DNA of 64,000 nt from Trichinella spiralis (lineage: Eukaryota): contig NW_003526944.1 in NCBI RefSeq assembly GCF_000181795.1, forward strand, positions 4,868,479 through 4,932,478, written 5' to 3'. Numbering within the stretch: position 1 is the first letter of the stretch; each line of letters begins with the position of its first letter. The notes under the pieces are model-generated. The model saw only the letters and a list, made by a program, of their open reading frames with translations. It ran no database searches and was not told the origin of the DNA. Below, in pieces: positions 25,078 through 36,783 of the stretch. Position numbers and translations under genes: made by a program.

Positions 25078-27674
25078 ATGGATCCTCGTGATAGTGTCTT
25101 ATCTTCTTTGTGGGCTTTATTTTTAACTTATATTACAGGTAAATGTTATTTTGTTCTTTTTTAATTTTTAATTGTTTGTTTAACAAGAAAGATTATTATA
25201 AATTGTGCATTTCACTTATTTATTTTTATAATTTGTATTATAATTCATCTTTTAGGCTGTTTTATTACCGAATAGCATTGAGTTGTAAAATTGAATGAAG
25301 ATTTATTTTTAGTTGTCGACTTTTTTACTTGTTTAGCTGAAAGTAATTTGTGTTGTTGCAAATATTTCATTGTACATTGTATTTTCTTTGATACTTTATG
25401 TATTTACGCATTTTTCACGCAAATTTCTTTTAGCAGTGGATGGCAGCACGCAGGAAATTGAACGTCATTTAGATTTGGGTAAACAGCTTGTTTCAAAAGG
25501 CCAATTTAATGATGCTCTCGTGCATTATCACGCTGCAGTAGGTACTGGTTTTGCAGAATGTTGTGTTTTATGTTGCTAAAGGAGCTGTTTTCAGAAGCTG
25601 ATCCAAACAATTATTTGACTTTATATCGAAGGGCAACTGTGTATCTGGCATTGGGAAAATCAAAATCCGCATTACCGGATCTTGATCGCGTTATTGAATT
25701 GCAGCCAGATTTTATCGCCGTAAGTTTTAATCCGTTTTTGCTACGTAACAATTTTTTCACTTTTATTTATTTTGTTTTTACAGAGAACATTTTCACTTTA
25801 TTGTTGTTATTGTTTCTATTTATGACATTTGAAAGAAAAATTTTACATTCTACATTTAAAAGAATGATTTATTGAAATTAGTGAAAGCAAACTTTTTTTC
25901 TTGCACTTTTGCTTTATTTATTTTTAAATTAATATAGAAGCTATGTTTTGAATTTAGCGGTGTGTTATTTTGAATAATTTTTTCAAGGCTAGAATACAGC
26001 GTGGGAATGTTTTGTTGAAGAAAGGAAGTCTTGATGAAGCTGAACGAGATTACTTAGCTGTGGTATTGGTTTTCTTTAATTTCAGTGTTTCAGTCTCTTT
26101 ATTGTTTTTTTTGTTAAAATCAATCAATTTCTGTAGTTGGACAAAGATAACAATGCTAATGAAGAAGTTCGGCAAAAGTTGAATGAAGTTGAATCCACTC
26201 GAAAACGTTTGAAACAAGCGGAAGCTTTGTTTTTATCTGGCGACTATTCATCAGCGGAAAAGATTTACACGCAACTATTAGAGGTAAAAACAATTGTGGG
26301 GTTTTCAGTTAAATGTGTATTATGAAAGACGTATTATGAATTTTGTTTCTTTTATCCTCTTAAGATTTCTCCTTGGAACAATCACATACATTTGCAAAGA
26401 GCAGAATGTTATGAACATCTGGGTGAATTGCATAAAGCGGTTATGGACATACGTCTGGCTGTAAAATTGGTTCCAGACAATACGGATGCTTTACACAAGG
26501 CTTCTGTATTCTGTTACAAACTTGGTGACTTATCCGATTCGTTGAAGTTTGTTGTCTTTTTTAGTTCTTTATGATTGTTTGCCGATTGACGCACGATAAA
26601 TTCATTTTTAGTCAAATTAGAGAATGTTTGAAAATTGATCCTGAACATCAGAAATGTTTCAAATTTTACAAAAATGTGAAAAATATTGCCAAACAGCTAG
26701 AAAAAGTGGAGAAGGCAGTGGCTGAGAAGCAGTGGCAAAAGTGTTTGGATAGTTCGGATGCAATGCTAAAATTGGAAAACAGTGAACAAAATGTGGTTTT
26801 ATTGGCCAAATCGTCAAAGTGCAAATGCTTTATTAAGGTAACATTTATTTACTTTTGAATTCAAAGGACGGAGTAGTATTTTTTTGTTCTCCTTAACAGT
26901 TGGAGAAAAGCGATGATGCAGTTGAAACTTGCTCTGAAGTACTTCGGGCAAATCCTGATGATCTGCAAGCTTTACTGAATCGAGCAGAAGCATATATGAT
27001 GAACCAGGCTTACGATGAGGGTATTGTTATAATTAATTATTTTCCAGTAAATTAGTATCAGTTACTGATTGATTTATTTTTAGCAATTGCTGATTATCAA
27101 CGAGCTGTGAACATTGATGATAGTAATCGAGCTGCAAAAGAGGGTCTTAAAAAAGCTCAACGAATGCAAAAGCAGTCGAACAAGAAAGATTATTATAAAA
27201 TATTGGGAGTGAAACGGTAAAATGGCTGAGTTTAATTGTTTTTATTTTTAACTGACCACGAAAAGCAAATGCGCATTTTTCAACAACTTCAGCAACGCTG
27301 ACAAAAGGACTATATCAAAAGCGTACAGAAAGTTAGCTCAGAAATGGCATCCAGACAATTTTCAAGGCGATGAAAAGAAAATTGCTGAAGCGAAATTTAT
27401 CGACATTGCCGCAGCGAAAGAAGTTCTAACAGATCCGGGTAAGTTTTGTATTTCCCTTGTCAACGTGTGTACTGTATTTGTTGAATATAAAGTAAAAGTT
27501 ATTACTGTAGAAAAGAGGGAAAAATTCGACGCTGGTATTGATCCATTGGATCCATCCGCGCAGAGTATGCCTAATCAGTTTTATCATTTTCACGGTTTCG
27601 ACGATGTTTTTGGTGAAAATGGTCCTTTCGGGGACGGCGGTGGCCATTATACTTTCAAATTTCATTTCAATTGA
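25078..27674 (+). CDS. DNAJC3: DnaJ homolog subfamily C member 3 (P58IPK; TPR repeats + J domain), about 10 exons
   Basis: Signal-like exon 1 [23 protein letters not shown] segments include [49 protein letters not shown] and [11 protein letters not shown]. The J domain reads DYYKILGV...[14 protein letters not shown]...[14 protein letters not shown], and the C-terminus is FKFHFN*. Confidence 0.95.
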
Positions 27675-28698
27675 TTTCTTCAAATGACCACTTCTTATTC
27701 AGTTGTAGTCCTTGACTATCACTTTGTTGCTCTGTCATTTGTTGACAGTGTTTGTTTATAAGTAATTTTTTGTTTTTCCTTAATTCTTAATCTGTAATAA
27801 ACGTTTTCTTTTTGTATTAATGAAATCTTTTTCGGTTGTAAATGATTAAACTGAAACTTCTTTTTTTCATACTGCGTTTTAACTTATTTTATTTGTTGGA
27901 AAGGAAAGAACTGAAATAAATCAGTGCTTTGTGATAATTAATTTACACTAATTCAGAATATTTTTAATGATGCTGATGAAATAATTGCAAGTGAAAATAC
28001 GTTTTTTTGAATTATCAAATTAAAGAAAACTAATCAAAAAAGTACATATTTTCAAGCTTATTATTTTTATGTAAGAACTTAAAAAATTAATTTTAAATAA
28101 ATAATGTAAAAATAATCCTTTGATTATGCTGTTTAGCGAGTTAGTTTATTTAGTTGGTTGATTGGTCACGAAGTGGGAATTTTTCACATCACATTTTATG
28201 TATTTGATATTTTTACACGTCAGTAATAATTTTGTCAGTTTTGGTGTGAAGTAAATTATTTTAATATAATTTTCAACTAACAAGCTCAACAAGTGAAAGA
28301 TGCTTTTGCTAATTGTCTCTGAGTACTGAATGATTGTGAAATTGAATTTTCGCTTCCTGTTGTTCGCCAAGCATTCTGATCTGTTAATCAGCTCTTGGTG
28401 TTGTTAATCAGCGCAAATGTCTCTAACTGAATTATTCCGCTTATGGAATAATGTTTCGCTGCATTGAATTAATTTCGTTTCGTACTGGGTGAGTTGGATT
28501 TAAATTGTCAGATGTGTTGAACTGAAATTTTTCACGTCAGCAACAAACCCACCGTCGTCGGCTTGTTCATTTTCTTCCTGGTCAGTGGTTCTAAAGCATT
28601 TGGTAAATCTTTGCTGCAACTATCCGGCAGTTTGATCGATTCTCGTTTGGCTTGGTGGGACAGTTCCAAAAATTGAAAAGCATTCTGTGCATTTTGAA

Positions 28699-29376
28699 AT
28701 GTTTTGGCAATTTTGGATCGTGTTCGTAGCACTTTCTACCAGTGTAATCAAAGTGGTTCAAGCTAGACGATGGAGCAACGTATCCAAGTGTTACCGTTGT
28801 CAGATGGCGCGAAAATTGGTCGCCAACACGGAAATCTACTTCCAAAGCGTCGACTACGGTACCGACTTTCGGTGTGCGTTGGTGGCTACCGAATGCCAGC
28901 CGGATAGTCAGTCCTGCACGTTGGGGTTTGTGCAGGTGAATCACAAGCCGAAACTGTTGTCGTTCAGCGGCTGCACAGAACAGCGTACCGAAGACGGTCA
29001 GCTCCGTTCTTGTCACCAACAGCACTACAGTACGAAGGACGGGCTGAAATCGTTCCGTGCCAGTTTTTGCCTCTGTCCACGGGCGTTGTGCAACGTGGCC
29101 GCACTCCACGACCACTTGCTTGTCGACCACTTCGGCTTGCCACACCCTACCGTTGCTGAATTCGAAGACCACACGCAAAACAGCCATCAGTCGGTCGACT
29201 ATGAGAAAAACCACGTTCTACCAACAACCGCCTCCGACTCGTCGTCGTTCGCCACGTCAGACGGTCGCTTCAACGTCGCCTCTGCAGTTCAAGCCAACAA
29301 CAGGCCGCCGGCTTTGCCATTTTTACTTACCACCGTGGTCAACTTTTTTTGTTTTCTCTTATTCAGATGTAAGTGA
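28699..29376 (+). CDS. Intronless Ly6/uPAR/three-finger-like (quiver-type) surface protein, putatively GPI-anchored
   Basis: GC-rich ORF with signal peptide MFWQFWIVFVALSTSVIKVVQA, 10 cysteines from KCYRC to CLCPRALCN, a Ser/Thr stalk and a hydrophobic C-terminus (LPFLLTTVVNFFCFLLF). Confidence 0.75.
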   Translation: MFWQFWIVFVALSTSVIKVVQARRWSNVSKCYRCQMARKLVANTEIYFQSVDYGTDFRCALVATECQPDSQSCTLGFVQVNHKPKLLSFSGCTEQRTEDGQLRSCHQQHYSTKDGLKSFRASFCLCPRALCNVAALHDHLLVDHFGLPHPTVAEFEDHTQNSHQSVDYEKNHVLPTTASDSSSFATSDGRFNVASAVQANNRPPALPFLLTTVVNFFCFLLFRCK

Positions 29377-32300
29377 AATTTTTTTTGAAAAATACAGTTT
29401 CCATGTAGTGAGTGAATTTGGTATTTTTGTTTCAAAGATTTATCTCTGTCTGTCTGTCTGTCTGTCTTCTCATCTGCTCGACTGTTTTGATTTCTGGTTT
29501 ACTGTAGCTTTGTGAACAAAAGGTCCTATTATGACTGTAGGCGAAGGTTGAAGAAGATTCAGCTTCCTTTTGCTAAAAGTAGACAAAGAATCAATCAGTT
29601 ATCAATTGAAAATCACCTTAATAAAAGAAAACGAAATTACTTACGAACATTTCAACGACTATTCAGTTTTCCATTATTTAAATTCACATCATTTCTCTTT
29701 TTCCTTAGTTATTCTTTTCTCTGAAGATGATGATTATTTTATTTATCATTATAAAAGGCTTGTTTCTGTCTAAAGTAATGAATATTTTATTTCTTCCCGA
29801 AGTGAAAAAATAATAACTGTGGCAATAATGAAGAATTTATTCTTGATTGTTGTGTAAAATGAACATTTTTGATGAGAAAGTTGTCAAAATGAAAAATAAT
29901 TAAAAAATATTTGACGTTATATGTAAGTTAATAAGTGAAGATGTTTAACTGTTTATATGTATGTTGAACGAAACCATTGCAGTGTAATGTCATTTGTGCA
30001 ATTATTAAAGAATTGATAAATACGGACCAAACAATGGCTTCAGTATTATTGATTAATTATTTATTGCGAAGATGTCATTCAGTTGTAGGTCTTCAATTAT
30101 GACGGTGTTAAAAATACGCGAGGTTGAATATACAAGGTTTAATAAAATATATTTTTTAATCAATTATCAATTTTTTATAAAATGCAAATTGTTCCTTTAG
30201 TGATGTAATTTTTAAATAAAACAGGAATGGTTCTTTTCGTAAATAATAATTCTTTGAACATGAACATAAATAAGCGGTTATTCATAATTTTCAGTTGAAG
30301 CTTTTATTAAATTTCAAAATTAAAAGGCTTCTTTACGAACTGGCGACAGGAAATTGAACCCTGATATTTTTTTCTTACCTTTTTTAAATATCGAACTGAA
30401 CGTGATTTATAAGCTGTGTGATTTGCATTGGGAAATGTTTTTATGAAAATTTAAAATTAATTTTGTCATGGGTTAAAAAACGTATGAACATTATCATCAA
30501 TGGATTCGTTTTTTGATAAAATTATTTATTTTTGAAATCTTTTAACTTTTATAGAAAAATTATTAACAAATTTTTATTAAATTAAAAAAGTTTTTTTGTT
30601 ATGTTTTGCATATTGTAATTGAATAATAATTTTGAGCTAACAACATATGCGGCATTTTTGTTACAAATTTGTTAATTTTGGCGTTGTATTTTTAAGAAAA
30701 TAATTTTCAAATTGAATTACATTTCAACGTCAGTAATGGTGTGGATTGATTTTTTTATTTTTGGTCATAATTTTTATTCGTCATGTTCACATAAATTTTA
30801 TGCCCTTCTTAGGTGATAATAATTAAAAATTTCCTTTAATGCTCGCCGGTAGGCAAAATTGCTTGAAAGTATGAATTAATGCTTTGCATATCTATTACTG
30901 ATCAATTTTTCTTTTCTTTAAATTTTAATGTCTTTAATATTTTTGTCCCGTGTCATTCTTTGGTTTAGTTTAAGAATGATTCATTTATGTGTGGAGGTAA
31001 ATTTTTATTTTTAACAATTTTTCAATTTGTTCTGTGTATAATGGCATAGTTTGTATTGGAAACGTTAATTATAAGAAAGAATTTTTGATGTTGAATATGA
31101 AAAATTAAGTGCGAAAATTCAAAGATAAGTACATAATATAATAATATGGTGAAAGCAGCTTATCTTGATGATGATTGATAATATTGGTTTATTAATGCAG
31201 GAACAGTGTTCAGATTGTCTTTTCAGTTTCTATTGATTCCAAATGTAAATTTATTAATTAAATCATTCGCATTATCGTTGTCTGTGTAGAAATGGTCATA
31301 AATCTTTCTTATGAAATTAATCACCGTCGTAGACTTTTGATTACTTTCTTCAACATTCTTGCATGTACCATTGTTGCTTCACTTTGGATATTTAATTTTC
31401 ATCATACATTTCATATTTTCAAATAAGAAAGCAATTATTTGTATAGCATTATTTTGGATTGTTTAAATAAATAGATAAACGGCATCATATATTTTTAACT
31501 GATAATATTGAGACGTTTGTGTGAAAGGTACATTATCAAGGTACATCATCAATACGCAGCTTGAAAAGATTGAATTCAGCACAATTGCTGACCACTTTTT
31601 GAATGTATTGAATCTGAAGATCATTCAAATCTGATTTGATGGAAATATTCCAATTTATAAGATTAAAATAGAATATTTCTCTATAGTTAAATGAACATAC
31701 TTGCCAGAGGTTAAAAAAGTATAGAAATATTCGAATTTAGCAGAACATTAGAATCGAATATTATTTCTTTAATATTAAATGACATAATCACCAGAGGTTC
31801 AAAAGAACTTTATAATGTGACGTTTTACAGTTTGGTGAAGTTTAATTTTGCGTCATTTGGTTTTTTATAGTACAAAATAGAAAAATTGACCTTTCTATAA
31901 CTTTGCTATTTTTGTTGAATAATTTATTTTTGCACATTTTTTAAAATGTAATTTATTTACCGTATTGCAGTATTGTGCAGATGAATTAAGCACAGAAAAA
32001 TTGAGAAGAAAGTAGAATATTCTTTGCATTTTGAAATAGTGAACGATTTTAAAATTAGAAATATTTTTTTATAAAAATTGAATTTCTACCTTAGTTGTGG
32101 ATAGATATTGTACATTTTGGATGTCAATAACCGATGATCATTGCCAAAGTGTTTGACGTCATGTTATTTAACATTTAACAGTAAAAATGCGATTTATTAT
32201 TGAAGCTGTTTTATTAAATTTAATTATTGTTCAGAGATGTTTGTTGAAAAATATGTTGACTCTGAGCTGTATTTTTTCCCACTAATTTAACGGTGATTGG

Positions 32301-33126
32301 TCAGTTAAGAAGCGTGGTCTCAATGGCCAGCAGCTATTGATGGTGTCGCTTATTGCCTTTATATTCTTTGGCGATGAATCAGTCTTTGGCAGGAAATATT
32401 GTTCAAACTTTCACATTCACAGTGAAGAGAATCCCCCTCACTGATAAATGTACAGTTAGACTGTTAAACTTGTTTGACCAAGTAAGGAAAACAGATTAGT
32501 TTTCTTTTTAAATTTATTTTAAAAATTATATTTGATCAAAATCAAAAATATTCTAAATTCATCGAAATAATCTAATAATGATTTATCGAAGTACGTTAAC
32601 ATTAATATTCAAGTAAAAGAATGTAGTGGAAAGAAAGGTGTAAAAATTTTCTTGTTATTTCTGCTGAGCAGTTCGCTTTTTGGTCATCATTATTATTGTA
32701 CAACATAATTGCTTTTACACATATTAGTAAATATTATTAATGCGCATTACGTACTTTTATTAATCACTCATTCTGTCAAACGTGAATTAATATAATTTGA
32801 TGCAGTATAATGTATGTAATTGATGTGATAATAAGTAATTAATGTATCAATTGTTGTTGATGAGCCTTTCAGATTGCAATAAAATTCATTCAACTAAAAT
32901 TATACTAGACAAGGAATTACAGTATATCATCATTTCCTACTCCAGTTTATTTTTATCATATTTTAGAACCTTTTATTGAACATTAATTATCTCTTTACAG
33001 AAATGTAGCAAGCAAAGGCCAAAATGAAGTTTGACTTTATCCGTAGCATTATATTAGCTAAATATTCTGCCTATGGACAGTATATTGTGTTCATAAACAG
33101 AAACAAAAGCATGTATGTAATAACAA

Positions 33127-33179
<53 letters not shown>
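33127..33179. repeat. (TAT)~17 microsatellite, intergenic
   Basis: Perfect trinucleotide run; it creates the spurious poly-Tyr ORF 33024..33224. Confidence 0.95.
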
Positions 33180-34247
33180 GAAACTGAATATAATTCAGTT
33201 ATAAAACTACTGAATATCAAATAGAGTTTTAAATGCTACTGATTGATTTGAAGATTTTTAGCAAAATAATAGTCTTTACAATGAATTTTGTTTTTATTTC
33301 GAATTCAAAGCAATATGGAATGTTTTTAGCGCTCACTTGTTATTAACTTGATAAAAAGTGACGATGAACGTTATAAATTTTAAAATTGCTATCACATCAG
33401 TAAATCATTGTTTATGCTTTAGCATTGTTAGCATTGTTTATACTTTTTCGTGCTATCAAGCATTCAGGAAATATTGAAATTAAGTTCACAATTATGATTA
33501 TTAAAAGTCTTTAAAATTATTAAAAATTGCACATCACATTAATTGCAAAGTGCAAATCAATACAACTAATTCAAGGACAACTTCCATATGCATGCATGCA
33601 CGTATGTACGTATGTATGTACATATGTATATATTTGTGTATATTTGGATGGGAGAAAGAGAGAAAAATGACACCTCTAAAAAAGCAGTGAAACTTGCTAA
33701 TATTGTCTATTTGAGACCATGGAAACGCCTATTAAATAGATAAAACTATATGAAAAGTAAATTAATAAATAATAATAACAAAATATATTTTGCAGGATCA
33801 GAGAACGATATCTTTGCGTTTTGGCTGCATTTTATTAGTGACAAAAGAAAGTAATTTCTTTGTTTAAAAAAGTAAGAAATCAATTATTTATTGAAATCAG
33901 TTTTTTGTCATTGAACTTGAATTTATTATTTCTCACGATTTATTCAGTGTTATTTTGTTTGTTTGAAAAAATTTTAATAATTTGTATGCTCAATAACCAT
34001 TTTTTGCCCATCATATGGCATACAAATTTAAACAATAAAATAGGATACGGTGGTATATATTTCGTCACGCAAATATTAACCAATCTTGATCAATCTGATA
34101 TATGACACAATAAAGAAATTTTTCTATAACTTTTTAATTCGAGAAAGTATTTACTGGTCATTTTATTTTTTTTTGTTATTTCAATTTATAACTGAAACAG
34201 AATTATGAAAGACTGTTAGTGTTGTTAATAATTTTAGAAAAAATCCC

Positions 34248-34996
34248 ATGGGTTATATTTTATTCATCTCTTTGATTATATCTTGTCAGCTGAAAATTCA
34301 AGGCTACTTGGTGAGTTCAGAATTCAAATTTGATATGTATATATGTATATATGTAAATTGCGAAGTTATAATTCAGTGTTATATTTTTAAGACGTATCGA
34401 CTGTTGACTGACGATCGCGTTTATGATGGTGATCTCACGATGGATGATTCGATGAATTCTGCGATACTGTTTAATGGGCTGTCGTCTCATTTGAATCGAC
34501 CAAAGAATGGGAACTTTTTAGCATTGCAGTCTGAAGAACAACCAACGATGGAGCAGCATGTGGACGAAAATCAGCAACAAGCGTTCAGAACGAATAGCGG
34601 TCAGAAAATTAAAGCATTTAAATTTAATTTTGATCAAACGACGGTAAATAAATAAGGTAATAATGATAAGCTGCTTGGATTTCAGCTGCTGAGGTGCGGA
34701 TGATTCCAGTGAAACCATATATGAACGTGAAGTCATTGGATGATCAATTGGAAAAATTAATTTTTAATAATAATAATAATAATGGCAATGAATTTTTCAA
34801 ATATGGATTGAAGAAGATGAACGATTTGAAAATGACTAAAAAGAAAAGAAATCATTGGTTAAGTCGAGCACGTTCAATTCGTGTACCGGATGAACGAAGG
34901 AAAAATTTCATCGAATGGTTTCGAAACAACTTTGGCAACGGCAATCACAATTTACAGCTCGAAAAGGGTATGGGAGGTCCAGGAATGATTTATTAA
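34248..34996 (+). CDS. Secreted prepropeptide / putative neuropeptide precursor (3 exons, about 193 aa)
   Basis: Exons 34248-34310, 34392-34599 and 34686-34996 join in frame (582 nt) with GT/AG sites. Signal peptide MGYILFISLIISCQLKIQG, a polar pro-region, and basic sites KK, KKKR and RRK before the C-terminal peptide. Confidence 0.65.
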
Positions 34997-36270
34997 TTTT
35001 ATTTCCAAGCTCTCATCTCAAATTTCCCCTGTGTGATATTTAATTTTATTATATTGTTCTATTGTGCGTGTGTATTTTTACATTTTTTGCAAGTCAGCAA
35101 GCATTGTTTATTCCGACATTGCGTTGGTGGATGTTTTAATTTGCAATAAACTTTAAAAAAATATTTTTTTGAAAGATCTTCAATATAGTTTTCATTATTT
35201 GTTTCATCACTAATATCATTTAGGAGCGTTGTTTGCAATGTTTATTCTTTTTGTTGTCCATCATTTGCATTATATATTATTTATTATTGAATTATCAATA
35301 TTGGCATTGTGTTTAATTTCTTCACCTGAAAATGTCACTAATTTAGTTGTATTGTCAGCGGTGTTCGGTGAAGGTTTTAGGTTTAATTTATTTCTCTTTT
35401 TATATAGCAATTCCCTCTGCGGTTCAAGTTGTAGCAATGTGCTTTTTCTTGGACAAATTATTTCAATTTCTCACATTTTTTTGTTCATATTTTTCCCTTT
35501 CCATTTTCAGTAACAATCAATAGAATTCAACAATGAACTGATGCCACGGATGATGAGATTTTATATCTTCTTTGTTTCTGAAATTCATTTATTCACAATA
35601 CAAATCACTCTACATATGCATGCAATGCTGTGTGCTATTATTACAAACCTTGCACTGTTTAAAGCATAATTTTTATTTAATTTTTCCCTTTTTTGGGGGT
35701 CAAGATGGTAATAAAACTTGTATAAAAAAACAGAAAACTGCTTTAACCAACAATTACCGACTAGGGACGTGGTTTGCCAAGGACGACGACAATATGCCTA
35801 CGCAATGCTGCTACGTATTTGCCGTTACACGTGATCAGAGAAGACCATTTTGACGTGGCTTCACTTCACTCACGTGTCTCATTATTCTGCATTTTCAATG
35901 TGCATATCTGTGAAACATTTTTAGGCAAATCAAACTGGGCCGGCCGTTTGTTTGTCGATCACAGATTGCCTTGCAACAGTTTTCTGTTCTTGCTTTTCAC
36001 TTGATCATCTCTTTCCATCTGCTGCTAGTCTGTCTGTTTGCCTGCCTGCCTTCCTGTTTCATTTCACTGCATCTTGCCTTCACACTTTTCAAAGTAATAA
36101 TATTACAGTATTATTTAACCGGATGAAATTTATCTTCAATTGCACGTGACATTGTACATTTTCAAATATGACAATCTTTCTCATAACTTTAAACTTTAAG
36201 CACAATTATTTTCTTTACATTTCATCTAAATTTATACTACAAATTTATGCACATATCTTTTGCACTTTAT

Positions 36271-36301
<31 letters not shown>

Positions 36302-36783
36302 CATACCAATGAAAAATTTATTGTTTTCATACTATACCATTTAATAATGAATCCACATGATTTTTAATCTTTCTGCTTTGTAGGTTGTTAATATGTCAAT
36401 TTTATTTCACCTAATTCCAACCTAATTTTCCACTCCACTGGATAATTAACTGTACAGAACCTTATTTTTAGTTTCACTTGAAATTTATTTTCACTTTTTA
36501 TCTTAATTATAATAATAATTATTTCTTGTTTCAGCTTTTTTGTTTTTTTGTTATTTTTTAAATGAAATTTTAATTTAACTAGTATTGTAAACTTCAGTTA
36601 ATCATTTAAGTGATGTTGATTTAAACATGCTTTCAAGCACAATTTCCAATCGCTGCAACTGAATGAATCATCATCAAACAATCATTCAATTAAAATGCAT
36701 AATTTATTAGGATTTTGTTTCAACAATATATTTAAATAATTATTTCTCAGAAAATTATACTCGTTAATATTTTCTAATTTAAG

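Noticed and set aside
28591..29515. Overlapping antisense and alternate-frame ORFs (207 aa, 152 aa) over the Ly6-like gene, and similar ORFs over the zinc-finger, TAF1C-like and cadherin exons
   Set aside because: Expected shadows of GC-rich coding sequence; no motifs of their own.
30341..30364. tRNA T-arm/B-box-like fragment on the - strand (CAGGG-TTCAATT-TCCTG-TCGCCA)
   Set aside because: No D-arm, anticodon arm or acceptor stem; at most a tRNA/SINE remnant or a chance match.
32290..32460. Slightly GC-richer island with a 34-codon ORF in the 29.4-34.2 kb non-coding region
   Set aside because: Too short, with no splice support or homology; may be regulatory but cannot be shown.
33024..33224. 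Poly-Tyr ORF
   Set aside because: Product of the (TAT)n microsatellite.
35770..35985. X-box (RFX)-like sequences upstream of the cadherin (GTTTGCCAAGGACGAC; ATTGCCTTGCAAC)
   Set aside because: Imperfect spacing and matches; not supportable without conservation data.
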